Part shown: positions 54,852 through 64,000 of the stretch, piece by piece
Layout: each line of letters opens with the position of its first letter
How positions within the stretch are numbered: the stretch's first letter is position 1
Source of the DNA: Thermoplasmata archaeon
GTDB taxonomy: Archaea > Thermoplasmatota > Thermoplasmata > Lutacidiplasmatales > UBA184
NCBI GenBank assembly: GCA_021816865.1
Contig: JAKAWX010000002.1
Span: 12,110 to 76,109, forward strand
Reading direction: 5' to 3'
DNA: 64,000 nucleotides
Notes under the pieces: model-generated
The model's database searches: none
Seen by the model: only the letters and a program-made list of their open reading frames with translations
Told to the model about the DNA's origin: nothing
Translations under genes and position numbers: made by a program

Positions 54852-57694
54852 TCCCAGAACGCACGCGTCCGCGCGTAGGCTCGCTCCGCGCGGAGCAGCT
54901 CGGTGAAGAAACCGTCGTCGTCGCGATAGAGCCGCATCAAGAGGCGTCGGGCGGTCTCGGGGCCGACTCCACGGGCGGCGAGCGCGTAGAGCGCCCGCTC
55001 GCCGTAGTGGGCGACGAGCTCGGCCGACGTGTAGCCACCGCGCACGAGGTTCTCGGTCTCAGGAGGCGCGGGGCGTTCGCGCCGGGGCCGGCGGGCCGGG
55101 GCCTTCTTTCCCCCGGTCCACTTGCGCTTGGCGTAGCGCACGAGGCGGTCGATATCCTCCGTGCGTCGCGGCGAGAGGACGGCCGAGAGCGACCCGTGAC
55201 AGAGCAGGCAGCGGCTTCCGCCCTCGGACCGGTACTGGAACGGTGACGTCGTCCGGACGAAGCCGCAGCGCAGGCAAACGAGGACGAGAGGCTCGCGGCC
55301 CAGGCGCTCGCGCACGGCCTTGAGCAGTGTCGGCGGAGGGACGTCGGGGACGTGCCGCCACTCGAGCCGATCGATCGGCCCGTCGCTGAGCGGCGACGGC
55401 GCGGCCGCGACCACCTCGACGGTCCCGTCCCGGAGGCCCCGAAGGACCTGTACCGCGTGCGCGACGTCGAACCGGTCGTGAAGGGTCTTGTCGAGAACCT
55501 CCTCCCCGAGCGGGTTCGTGCGGCTCGTGCCGAGCAACGGCTCGAGGGTCCGCAGGTCGCGGGGGTCGGCGGACGCCGGCACTACCCCGAGCTTCCGGGC
55601 GACGGCGAGGAAGACCCAGCGGTAGTCGAGCCCGGTCGGGACGAGCCGTTCGACGAGCGGCTCGAGAGAGTCCGGGTCGATGCGCAACGCGTCCACCAGG
55701 GTCGCGTCGTCGACGGCGATCGGGAGCTCGAGGACGAACCAGGTCGGCTCGACCGTCGCAACCTCGACCCGCGCCCCGAGGCGGGCGGTCAAGAGTCCCG
55801 ACGTCGCGAGCGCGAGCGTCTCGTTCGTCCGGGTCCCGAAGCACGCCCCGTACGTCACGAGCCGTCCGCGGGAGGTCACGGTCACGCGCCGGTCGGTAGG
55901 CAAGGTCGACGCCGGCGCGCCGCGGAAGCGCAGCTCGAGCCGGGTGCGGTCGTCCGGGGAGATCGGGTAACGGGCGAGTCCGCCCTCGCGCCGCATCCGG
56001 CCGATCTCCTGGGCGACCTCGAAAGGCACCGGCAGGTCCTCGCCGGCCCACCGCGGTTCCTGTCCGATCTCCTGGACCGCTTCGACCAGAAGCTCGCCCT
56101 CGCGGTGCTCGACGACCTTCCACGTCCGTCCGTGCAGGAGGAAGATCTCCTCGGGTTGCGCGAGGATCTGGGTGAGGACGAACCGTTCGTCCAGCGTGCC
56201 GATCAGCCGGCGCGTTGCGATATCGCGAAGTCGGTACGTCCGCTCGTCCGGGATCAACGAGAGGGACGCGTAGAACCGGGCGAGCGTGCCACGTCCCGGG
56301 GCGAGGCGGCCGTCGTCGACGCCCTTCGCGAGCCGTAGCTCGACCAGGTAGTCGGCGAGCGCGGTCCAGTCGGCATCGGTGAGGTCCGCGACCGACGCGG
56401 CGTGCCGCAGCATCGCCACGAGCCGGTCGCGGTCGACGGTCCCCTCGGCCCGCAAGGTCGCAACGATCTGCTGCGCAGCGGCGAGGCGGTTGCGCGTACG
56501 CCATGTGACGGGCTCGATCTGCCCCTCGTCCGCGCGGCGGGCCAGGACGGCGGCCTCCTCGAGGTCGTCGTCGTCGAGCGCGAGGACGGTGCCGTGGATC
56601 GTCTCGCCGAGACGGTGCCCCGAGCGGCCGACACGCTGGACGAGCCGTCCGACCTGGTGCGGGGAGCCGAACTGGACGACGTGGTCGACCCCACCGATGT
56701 CGATTCCCAGCTCGAGGGACGAGGTCGCCACCAGGCCGCGCAGCCGCCCTTCGCGGAACGCCCGCTCCGCCTCCTCGCGCACCTCCCGGGAAAGCGAGCC
56801 GTGATGGACGGCGACCGCGAGGTCCGGTGCGAGCCGATGAAGCCGGGCCGCGAGCCCCTCGGCGGTGGGCCGCGTGTTGACGAAGACGAGCGTCGTGCGG
56901 TGCGCCCGGATCTCGGCCTCGACCGACCGCAGGCCATCGAGGAGGACCGGGTCGGCCTTCAGGTCCCGCACGAGGTCCGGGTCGAGCGGAGGGAGGTCGG
57001 GGCGGGGCCGCCGGGCCACGAGCTCGAGCGGGCGGCGCTCGCGGGCGACCCGGACGTCGATCGTTCGGGGCGCCGGGGAGAGGAACCGGGCGACCTCGTG
57101 CGGGTTCCCGACCGTCGCCGAGAGGCCGATGCGCCGGACCGTCCGGCCGGTGAGGGCGTCGAGGCGTTCGAGCGTCAGGCCGAGCTGCGCGCCCCGGTCG
57201 GAACCGACGAGCTCGTGGACCTCGTCAACGACGACGGTCGTGACGTGCGCGAGCGCGGCGCGCAGGTGGCGGCCGACCAGGAGGATCTGGAGCGTCTCGG
57301 GCGTCGTCAGGAGGAGATCGGGCGGGTGGCGGGACTGGCTCGCGCGGGCGGCCGCCGGCGTGTCCCCGTGCCGTACCGCCGCGGTGAGCCCGACGTCGCG
57401 GACGAGGGCGACCAAACGCTGCTCGAGGTCACGGTTCAGGGCCCTCAGCGGGGTGACGTAGAGCAGCGAGATCGGAGGGGCGGGTGCGGCGAGCCGACGA
57501 GAGAGGAGGGGGAGGAGGGCCGCTTCCGTCTTGCCGGTGCCGGTCGGCGAGAGCAGGAGAGCGTCCGCCTCCCCGTCGAGCAGGCCCGCGGCGAGGCGCT
57601 GGATCTCGGTCGGCTCGCGCAATCCCCGCCGCCGGATCGCATCGGCCAGTCGCGGGTCGATCCGTTCGAAGAGGCCGGAGCCGTCGCTCGCCAT
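54848..57694 (-). CDS. lhr: Lhr-family SF2 helicase
   Basis: SPTGTGKT, PLRALNRD, TTPETL, DEVH, SAT, HHGSL, SSLELGID, QRVGRSGH; C-terminal CLRC/CLLC. Confidence 0.95.
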   Translation of the reverse strand: MASDGSGLFERIDPRLADAIRRRGLREPTEIQRLAAGLLDGEADALLLSPTGTGKTEAALLPLLSRRLAAPAPPISLLYVTPLRALNRDLEQRLVALVRDVGLTAAVRHGDTPAAARASQSRHPPDLLLTTPETLQILLVGRHLRAALAHVTTVVVDEVHELVGSDRGAQLGLTLERLDALTGRTVRRIGLSATVGNPHEVARFLSPAPRTIDVRVARERRPLELVARRPRPDLPPLDPDLVRDLKADPVLLDGLRSVEAEIRAHRTTLVFVNTRPTAEGLAARLHRLAPDLAVAVHHGSLSREVREEAERAFREGRLRGLVATSSLELGIDIGGVDHVVQFGSPHQVGRLVQRVGRSGHRLGETIHGTVLALDDDDLEEAAVLARRADEGQIEPVTWRTRNRLAAAQQIVATLRAEGTVDRDRLVAMLRHAASVADLTDADWTALADYLVELRLAKGVDDGRLAPGRGTLARFYASLSLIPDERTYRLRDIATRRLIGTLDERFVLTQILAQPEEIFLLHGRTWKVVEHREGELLVEAVQEIGQEPRWAGEDLPVPFEVAQEIGRMRREGGLARYPISPDDRTRLELRFRGAPASTLPTDRRVTVTSRGRLVTYGACFGTRTNETLALATSGLLTARLGARVEVATVEPTWFVLELPIAVDDATLVDALRIDPDSLEPLVERLVPTGLDYRWVFLAVARKLGVVPASADPRDLRTLEPLLGTSRTNPLGEEVLDKTLHDRFDVAHAVQVLRGLRDGTVEVVAAAPSPLSDGPIDRLEWRHVPDVPPPTLLKAVRERLGREPLVLVCLRCGFVRTTSPFQYRSEGGSRCLLCHGSLSAVLSPRRTEDIDRLVRYAKRKWTGGKKAPARRPRRERPAPPETENLVRGGYTSAELVAHYGERALYALAARGVGPETARRLLMRLYRDDDGFFTELLRAERAYARTRAFWD

Positions 57695-57742
57695 GACCGT
57701 CCGGAACGACGACCCGCGAGGGCTAAGGCGTGTCGCCCCCGG

Positions 57743-58180
57743 CTAGGCCCCCGCGCCGGGTTCGAGGTCGAGCATGCGGAGCCCGACGCTTTCGACCATC
57801 GGTCGACCGAACGAGCGCCCGGGGAAGGTCTCGAGGAGGACCTCCTCGAGGACGCCGACCGTGGCGCGGAGGAGGTGGCCCCCGACCAGCCGATGGTCCG
57901 GGCCCGCGAGGCCGGCGTGCAGGTGGACCGAGGGCGCGTCGTCGGCCCGGGCGATCGTGCCGTGCAGCGCAACGACCTCGTGGGGCGCCGTGAGCTCGTG
58001 GGCGCGGTACTCGCGCCCGTCCCAGTAACCGACCGTCGCCGAGCGGAACATGCCGATCCCGAAGACCACCTGAGCGGCCCTCAGGTCGCGCGCGCGGGCG
58101 AACTCCCCCAACGCGGCGAAGAGGTCCTGTCCGTCGTCCAGCCGAAGCATCCAGCGCGTGCCGTCCCGAACCGCTTGCAT
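57743..58180 (-). CDS. PPC/DUF296 domain protein
   Basis: RL..G.DL, E...L.G.I, H.H, GGHL motifs. Confidence 0.9.
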   Translation of the reverse strand: MQAVRDGTRWMLRLDDGQDLFAALGEFARARDLRAAQVVFGIGMFRSATVGYWDGREYRAHELTAPHEVVALHGTIARADDAPSVHLHAGLAGPDHRLVGGHLLRATVGVLEEVLLETFPGRSFGRPMVESVGLRMLDLEPGAGA

Positions 58181-58256
58181 CGCTCCCCCACCGCCGGCAT
58201 GGTTAGAAGTCCGCGGGGCAAAGCGTAACTGGGTCACCGCCCTCGTTCGACCGTAG

Positions 58257-59090
58257 ATGAGCGAAGGCACGCGCCCCGTCCCGACCCGCCGGGCCACCCC
58301 GGAGGTCGTCACCCGCATCGCCGCGGGCGGCCCCGCCCTCGTGGCCTTGTCGGGCGGGGTCGATTCGTCGCTGGTCGCAGCGCTGGCGGTCGAAGCTCTC
58401 GGCCCCTCGGCGGTCGCGGTCACGCTCGCCGGCCCCGCGGTGGGACGCGCCGAGGTCGAGGCGGCTCGCTCGGTCGCTTCGTCGCTCGGGATCGCCCACG
58501 AAGTGGTTTCGGTCGACCCCCTCGAGCGGCCAGAGTACCGCGCGAACCCGACCGATCGTTGCTACTTCTGCCGTTCCGTGGAGACGGCGAGTCTCCTCGC
58601 GTTCGGACGCCGCCGGGGGCTCGTTCAGTACCTCGACGGCGTACAGGTCGACGACCTCTCCGACGACCGTCCGGGGCTTCGGGCGATGGACGAGGCCGGG
58701 TTCTTCCACCCGCTCGCCTGGGCGGGCTGGACGAAGGCGGACGTGCGGGCCGAGGCGCGCCTCCGCGGCCTCCCGAACTGGGACCGGCCGTCGGACGCCT
58801 GCCTCTCGTCGCGGGTCGCCCATGGGGATCCGATCACGGCCGAGCTGCTCCGTCGCGTCGAGGCGGCGGAGGCCGTCCTGCTCGGTCGGGGCTTTCGCCG
58901 CGTCCGCGTCCGCGTGCGGGCGAACGGTGCCCGGGTCGAGGTCGACCCGGGAGAGGTCGCTCGACTGTCGACGGAGCCGCTCGCGACCGAGGTCGTCCGG
59001 GAGCTGCGCGCGCTCGGGTTCGATCCGGTGAGCGTCGACCCGCGGGGCTACGGAGCGTCCCGACGGGCGACCCCCGAGGTGGTGCAGTGA
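58257..59090 (+). CDS. larE: LarE-family ATP-dependent sulfur transferase
   Basis: SGGVDS PP-loop, N...RCY.C, DG...DD....RPG, PL, K..VR, PS..CLSSR, RVR. Confidence 0.92.
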   Translation: MSEGTRPVPTRRATPEVVTRIAAGGPALVALSGGVDSSLVAALAVEALGPSAVAVTLAGPAVGRAEVEAARSVASSLGIAHEVVSVDPLERPEYRANPTDRCYFCRSVETASLLAFGRRRGLVQYLDGVQVDDLSDDRPGLRAMDEAGFFHPLAWAGWTKADVRAEARLRGLPNWDRPSDACLSSRVAHGDPITAELLRRVEAAEAVLLGRGFRRVRVRVRANGARVEVDPGEVARLSTEPLATEVVRELRALGFDPVSVDPRGYGASRRATPEVVQ

Positions 59091-61135
59091 CGCGTCCTCC
59101 CCCGACCGCTGCCGAGGAGACCCCGCCGCTCCCGGGGCGATTCCAGCTCGAGACCGACCTCGTGCCGCAGGGCGACCAGCCTCGGGCAATCGAAGAGATC
59201 GTCGAGCGCGTGAGCCGCGGCGAGAAATTCGTGACCCTCCTCGGGGTGACGGGCAGCGGCAAGACGTTCACGATGGCCCACACGGTCGCGCGCCTCCAGC
59301 GGCCGACCTTGGTCGTGAGCCCCAACAAGACGCTCGCCGCCCAGCTCGTGAGCGAGTTCCGGGCGCTGTTCCCCAAGAACGCCGTCGAGTACTTCGTGAG
59401 CTACTACGACTACTACCAGCCCGAGGCGTACGTCCCCCAGATCGACCTCTACATCGAGAAGGACGCGTCGATCAACGAGGAGATCGACCGGTTGCGCCAC
59501 CGGGCGACCCAGGCGTTGCTCACGCGGCGGGACGTCCTGATCGTCGCCTCGGTGAGCTGCATCTACGGCCTCGGTTCGCCGGACGACTACCGCGCGAACG
59601 TCATCGACCTCGCCGTCGGACAGACGATCTCGCGCCAGGCGCTTCTCGGGCAGCTCGTCCGGATGAAGTACTCGCGCAACGACGTCGAGCTGAAGCGCGG
59701 TCGGTTCCGGGTCCGGGGCGGCACGATTGACGTCATGGGGGCGGGGGAGACCGTCCACCGGATCCTGCTCGAGGCCAACACGATCGCCACGATCGTCGAG
59801 CTCGACCCGATTACGCGGGAGGAACGCTCGGAGCTCTCCCGGCTATCGATCTTCCCCGCCACCCACTTTTTGACGGTCGACGAACGCCTCCGCGGGATCC
59901 TCTCCGAGATCGTGAAGGAGCGGGACGCTCGCGTGCGGGAGCTCGAGCGCGCCGAGAAGATCGTCGAGGCCCAGCGGCTGCGGGGCCGGGTCGACTACGA
60001 CCTCGAGATGATCCGCGAGACGGGCTACTGCTCGGGGATCGAGAACTACGCCCGGTTCTTCTCGGGACGGCGCCCGGGCGACCCCCCGTACACCCTGCTC
60101 GACTTCTTCCCGAAGGACTTCCTGGTCTTCCTCGACGAGTCCCACGTCACCGTCCCACAGCTCCACGGCATGTACAAAGGGGACCGGAGCCGCAAGGACA
60201 ACCTCGTCGAGTTCGGCTGGCGCCTCCCGTCGTGCCGGGACAATCGACCGCTCAAGTTCCCCGAGTTCCTCGAGCACGTGCCGCAGTTGGTCTTCGTCTC
60301 CGCGACGCCGGGTCCGTTCGAGCGTCGGGCGTCGAAAGGGCTCGTCGAGCAGATCATCCGACCGACCGGCCTTGTCGACCCGCCGATCGAGATTCGCCCC
60401 CTCGAAGGACATATCGCGGACCTCGTGAAGGAGCTGCGCGCGTGCATCGAGCGCGGGGACCGGGCCCTCGTCACGACCCTCACGAAGGCGACCAGCGAGG
60501 AGCTCGCGGACTACCTCACGCGGCTCGGGCTCAAGGTCCGCTACCTCCACTCCGAGGTCGAGACGCTCAAGCGCGTGGAGATCCTCCGCGACCTCCGGCT
60601 CGGACGCTTCGACGTCCTGGTCGGGATCAACCTCTTGCGCGAAGGGCTCGACCTGCCCGAGGTGAGCTTCGTCGCGATCCTGGACGCCGACAAGGAGGGC
60701 TATCTCCGCAGCGAGACGTCGATCGTGCAGACCGCCGGCCGGGCGAGCCGCAACCTCTCGGGCAGGGTCGTCCTCTACGCCGACCGCACGACCGGCTCGA
60801 TGCGGCGGGCGATCGACGAGATGGAGCGCCGTCGCGCGGCCCAACTGGCGTTCAACGCGGAGCACGGGATCGTCCCCGAAACGATCCGCAAGGAGGTCCG
60901 CTCGCTCCTCGCCGAAGGCGAAGCGGCGCCCTCCGGAGACCTCTCGGTCTCGGGACTCGGCCGACATTGGAAGGACCGCTTGCCGCTCTTGATCGCCAAT
61001 CTGGAGGAGGAGATGCGGCTCGCCGCCGAGCGGCTCGAGTTCGAGGAGGCCGCGCGTATCCGCGACCGGATCCGCGAGGTTCGGCGGCGGGCCGACGACG
61101 CGCGGCCCCCGCGGGCCGCCGCGGGCACGCGGTGA
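59087..61135 (+). CDS. uvrB: Excinuclease ABC subunit B
   Basis: P.GDQP.AI, GVTGSGKT, NKTLAAQL, YYDYYQPEAY, DESH, SATP, GINLLREGLD, C-terminal UVR L.FE.AA..RD. Confidence 0.97.
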   Translation: MTRPPPTAAEETPPLPGRFQLETDLVPQGDQPRAIEEIVERVSRGEKFVTLLGVTGSGKTFTMAHTVARLQRPTLVVSPNKTLAAQLVSEFRALFPKNAVEYFVSYYDYYQPEAYVPQIDLYIEKDASINEEIDRLRHRATQALLTRRDVLIVASVSCIYGLGSPDDYRANVIDLAVGQTISRQALLGQLVRMKYSRNDVELKRGRFRVRGGTIDVMGAGETVHRILLEANTIATIVELDPITREERSELSRLSIFPATHFLTVDERLRGILSEIVKERDARVRELERAEKIVEAQRLRGRVDYDLEMIRETGYCSGIENYARFFSGRRPGDPPYTLLDFFPKDFLVFLDESHVTVPQLHGMYKGDRSRKDNLVEFGWRLPSCRDNRPLKFPEFLEHVPQLVFVSATPGPFERRASKGLVEQIIRPTGLVDPPIEIRPLEGHIADLVKELRACIERGDRALVTTLTKATSEELADYLTRLGLKVRYLHSEVETLKRVEILRDLRLGRFDVLVGINLLREGLDLPEVSFVAILDADKEGYLRSETSIVQTAGRASRNLSGRVVLYADRTTGSMRRAIDEMERRRAAQLAFNAEHGIVPETIRKEVRSLLAEGEAAPSGDLSVSGLGRHWKDRLPLLIANLEEEMRLAAERLEFEEAARIRDRIREVRRRADDARPPRAAAGTR

Positions 61136-61242
61136 CGCGCGACAACCCCGTTTGCGTGCCGGGACAAAACTGTTGTATCCTCGTCCCCGCTGACCGGGGC
61201 ATGGCGTCCCACGGCGCCCCGCCCGCCGGGAGCGACGGCCTC

Positions 61243-62073
61243 ATGTCGCTCCGTCGCGGGGGGACGATCACCGAGCTCCTTTTCCTCTACGAGTGCGCGA
61301 CCACGGAGCCGATGCACCTGCGGCCGGTCGCGGCCCGTCTGGGTCTCACGGTCCAGGCCGTCTCCCACTCGTTCCGGCAGTTGCGTGGTCGCGGCCTCGT
61401 TGAGGTGCGCGACGGCCGCTACCGCCCCACCGTCACGGGGGTGGCCTGGCTGCACGGGACGCTCGCCGCACTGAGCGACGACGTCCGCGACCGGGTCGCG
61501 AGGCTCCACGTCATCCGCTCCACGCGCGCGGTCGCCCTCGCCCCCCTCGCCTCCGGCGCCACCGTGTCGCTCGAGCTGCGGCACGGTCTCCTCTCCGCCC
61601 GGCCGGGGGGCGCGGGTCCGTCGCGTGGGACGGTCGTGGCGTCGGCCCGCGCCGGAGATCTCGTGGAGGTCGCGAACCTCGAGGGGATCGTTCCGCTCGC
61701 CCCGGCGACCGTCTCCGTGAGGACGATATCGGACGCCGACCTCGCCGACCCCGGGCTCGAGCGGCGCGTCCGGGCGGCCCTCCCTCCGCTCGATGAGCCG
61801 CTCGCGGCCGAGGGCCTCGAAGCGTACCACTGCCTCCGACGGGCGACCACTCGCCCCATCGAGCGGTTCGCGAGCGCGGCCGCGTGCCTGGACGCGGCCC
61901 GGCTCGGGGTGTCGAGCACGCTTTTCGTCCTCGAGCGGGACCTCCCCCGCCTCCTCGCGACGTTCGCGGTACCGAGCCCGCCGCCGCTGGACGTCCTACC
62001 GGTCGGCGCGGCCCGCCGCGCCCCCCGCCGCGCGGACGGGCTCCGCGCGGAGCGTCCCGCGCAGCGCCGGTAG
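61243..62073 (+). CDS. Archaeal winged-helix transcriptional regulator
   Basis: VA.RLG.T.QAVS...R.L...GLV....GRY..T..G N-terminal wHTH; alternative start 61201. Confidence 0.82.
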   Translation: MSLRRGGTITELLFLYECATTEPMHLRPVAARLGLTVQAVSHSFRQLRGRGLVEVRDGRYRPTVTGVAWLHGTLAALSDDVRDRVARLHVIRSTRAVALAPLASGATVSLELRHGLLSARPGGAGPSRGTVVASARAGDLVEVANLEGIVPLAPATVSVRTISDADLADPGLERRVRAALPPLDEPLAAEGLEAYHCLRRATTRPIERFASAAACLDAARLGVSSTLFVLERDLPRLLATFAVPSPPPLDVLPVGAARRAPRRADGLRAERPAQRR

Positions 62074-63330
62074 CAGCGTCGGGAGGTCCGCGACCTCCCG
62101 CGCTCCGCGCTCGAGGAGGGCCGCGTACGCGCGGGTCGCGTCCCCGCCCGCGAAATCACGCTCGGCGATCGGGGGTCGGCTCACGAGGAAGACGGGCGTC
62201 CCGCTCGCGAACGGGCCCACGTCCCACAGGTTGTCGACGTTCGACGGCCCGACCGCGAAGGGGGCCACGACGATCACCCGCGCGTTCTCGAGCAGCCGAC
62301 GATGGCGCTCACGGGTCGACGGCGAGAGCGGTGAGAACGGTCCCTCGATCGCGGAGGCGAGCCCGAGGGCTTCCGCCGTCTCGGTATCGGAGTCGAGCAG
62401 GTGGAGGGCCCCCGCGGTCACGATGAACCCCTCATCGGCCAGGGCCCGGAGGATCGGCCGGGCCGCGCCCCCGCCGCCGACGACGTGCACGGGGCCCGCG
62501 GCGGGGGCCGTCCGGTCCCGGGAGACCTCCGTGAGGAGGTGGCGCGGAACGAGGTAGGGGACCCCGGAGCGCGCCTCCCGGTGGAGGTCGGCGCTGACCC
62601 CCCAGACCCGCGCGAGCAGTTCCTCGGAAAGGACCGATGCCGCGGGACCGTCGGCCGCCACGCGGCCGTGCGAGAGGACCACGATACGGTCGGCGAACCG
62701 GGCGGCGAGGTTCAGGTCGTGCAGCGCGGCGACCACGGTCACCCGCCGCTCTCGCGCCAGCGCCCGGACCCGGTCGAGGATATCGAGCTGGTGAGCGATG
62801 TCGAGGTGCGCGGTCGGCTCGTCGAGCAGGAGGACGGGGGTGGCCTGCACCAGCGCTCGCGCGAGCGTGGCCCGCTGACGCTCCCCGCCGCTGATCGAGA
62901 GGAGGCCGTCGGATTCGCGGCCCGCGAGCCCGACGCTTCCGAGGATCGATCGGGCGAGGGCGACCTCGCCCGGCCGGTCTCCTTCGAGGGTCCGGTGGTG
63001 GGCGTAGCGCCCGTAGAGGACGTAATCGAGGATCGGCACGTCCTCGCGGGCCGGCTCGTCCTGGGGGACCCAAGCGACCCGGCGGGCCCGCTCGCGGACC
63101 GACAGGTCCCCGACGGTCTCCCCGAGAAGCTCGACCTGCCCGCGCGTGGGCGCGAGGAATCCGAGGACGAGACGGAGGAGCGTCGTCTTGCCCGAGCCGT
63201 TCGGGCCGGTGAGGGCGAGGAACTCCCCCTCCGCGACGGTCAGAGAAACGTCGGTGAGGGCGGGCCGGCTCCCGTACGCGGCGCTCGCCGCGTCCAGGCG
63301 GACGGCGGGCGCGAGCGACGGCCCGGTCAC
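61996..63330 (-). CDS. Fe-siderophore/cobalamin ABC transporter ATP-binding protein with C-terminal extension
   Basis: GPNGSGKT, ISGGERQR, LLLDEPT.HLD, HDLNLA; extra HVVGGGG...D.D domain. Confidence 0.92.
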   Translation of the reverse strand: MTGPSLAPAVRLDAASAAYGSRPALTDVSLTVAEGEFLALTGPNGSGKTTLLRLVLGFLAPTRGQVELLGETVGDLSVRERARRVAWVPQDEPAREDVPILDYVLYGRYAHHRTLEGDRPGEVALARSILGSVGLAGRESDGLLSISGGERQRATLARALVQATPVLLLDEPTAHLDIAHQLDILDRVRALARERRVTVVAALHDLNLAARFADRIVVLSHGRVAADGPAASVLSEELLARVWGVSADLHREARSGVPYLVPRHLLTEVSRDRTAPAAGPVHVVGGGGAARPILRALADEGFIVTAGALHLLDSDTETAEALGLASAIEGPFSPLSPSTRERHRRLLENARVIVVAPFAVGPSNVDNLWDVGPFASGTPVFLVSRPPIAERDFAGGDATRAYAALLERGAREVADLPTLLPALRGTLRAEPVRAAGGAAGRADR

Positions 63331-64000
63331 GAGACCCCCATCGCCGCCGCCCGTCGGTGCCGGAGGAGGAGGAACAGGAAGAACGGAACACCGGCGAACG
63401 CGGTGAAGATCCCGAGGGGGAGATAGGACGACGGGAACGCGACGACGCTGGCGTCGTTCGCGCCGAGCAAGAGGAGGGCGCCGACCGCCGCCGAACCGGG
63501 CAGCACGAGGCGGTAGTCCGAGCCCGCGAGCCGACGCACGATGTGGGGAGAGACGAGGCCGACGAACCCGATGATCCCTGTGAACGCGACCGCGACGGCC
63601 GTCAGGAGGGAGGCCAGAAGGATCACCCGGAGCCGGACCCGGGGGACGTCGACCCCGGCGCTCTGAGCGACATCGGGACCGAGCTGGAGGAGGTTCAGTT
63701 CCCGGCCGTACAGGCAGAGAAGGGTTCCGACCGCGACCACTCCTCCGAGGGCGATCCCGTCGACCGTCCACGAGGCGAGCGCGAGCCCGCCGAGGAGCCA
63801 GAACGTGAGCTGCTCGGCACCGAAGGGATTGCCGAGCAGGACCAGCGACAGGACGGCCGACAGCAGGTTGGCGACCGCCACACCCGAAAGGAGGACCGTT
63901 TCGACCGAGCTCTGTCGCCCTCGTGCGATCCCGAAGATGAGGAGTCCCGTGCCGACCGAGCCGAGGAACGCGAACGCGGGCAGGTAGAGGTCGGCCTGGG
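63327..64000 (-). CDS. FecCD/BtuC-family ABC permease, 5'-truncated by window edge
   Basis: FWLLG.L, LNLL.LG...A...GV, G.IGFVGL..PH..R, P.G..TA..G.PFF. Confidence 0.92.
   Translation of the reverse strand, partial: QADLYLPAFAFLGSVGTGLLIFGIARGRQSSVETVLLSGVAVANLLSAVLSLVLLGNPFGAEQLTFWLLGGLALASWTVDGIALGGVVAVGTLLCLYGRELNLLQLGPDVAQSAGVDVPRVRLRVILLASLLTAVAVAFTGIIGFVGLVSPHIVRRLAGSDYRLVLPGSAAVGALLLLGANDASVVAFPSSYLPLGIFTAFAGVPFFLFLLLRHRRAAAMGVS

Noticed and set aside
42981-57694. Lhr-metallophosphoesterase repair operon as known from bacteria
   Set aside because: The two genes are 11 kb apart with unrelated genes between them and no ligase; linkage not supported here
1-64000. Many long alternative-frame and antisense ORFs (e.g. 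27019-29520, 30980-32989, 40952-43207, 56402-58228)
   Set aside because: Arg/Pro/Gly-rich shadows of real genes, expected at this GC content; no motifs
1-64000. CRISPR array, rRNA, IS elements, prophage or defence island
   Set aside because: No regularly spaced repeats, rRNA signatures, transposase/integrase/capsid motifs or compositional shift seen by eye

Overview
Archaeal chromosomal segment, very GC-rich (roughly 70% or more by eye) and very densely packed. Gene content and protein style point to a high-GC Thermoplasmata lineage (inference). I count 67 credible protein genes and one tRNA-Pro(GGG). Nearly all are housekeeping: rps12-rps7-EF-2; the proteasome/exosome superoperon (psmA-SBDS-rrp4-rrp41-rrp42-rpl37ae-rpoP); rps8e-srp19-GPN GTPase; glyS; PolB; many DNA-repair genes (UDG, Ogt, RadB, RNase HII, Lhr, UvrB, metallophosphoesterase); central metabolism (glucose dehydrogenase with a KDG-aldolase-like gene, 2-oxoacid:ferredoxin oxidoreductase, ADP-forming acyl-CoA synthetase); Moco/sulfur-relay genes; purine/pyrimidine genes; a small surface-glycosylation-like cluster; and a truncated Fe/B12-type ABC transporter. 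I saw no CRISPR array, rRNA, IS/integrase or prophage, and I cannot claim a clear-cut new multi-gene system. The best leads are: an EF-2 whose two monovalent-cation-site residues are both substituted; two conserved genes (rnhB, trm1) whose conserved N-termini lie upstream of any ATG/GTG/TTG; apparent pseudo-enzymes (EndoIV-like, TraB-like); an orphan coiled-coil hairpin protein; a larE-uvrB coupling; and a layout of leaderless genes, stop codons doubling as TATA boxes and long convergent 3' overlaps. All family assignments come from motif recognition by eye, with no database searches. Many starts were moved downstream of the ORF-track starts.
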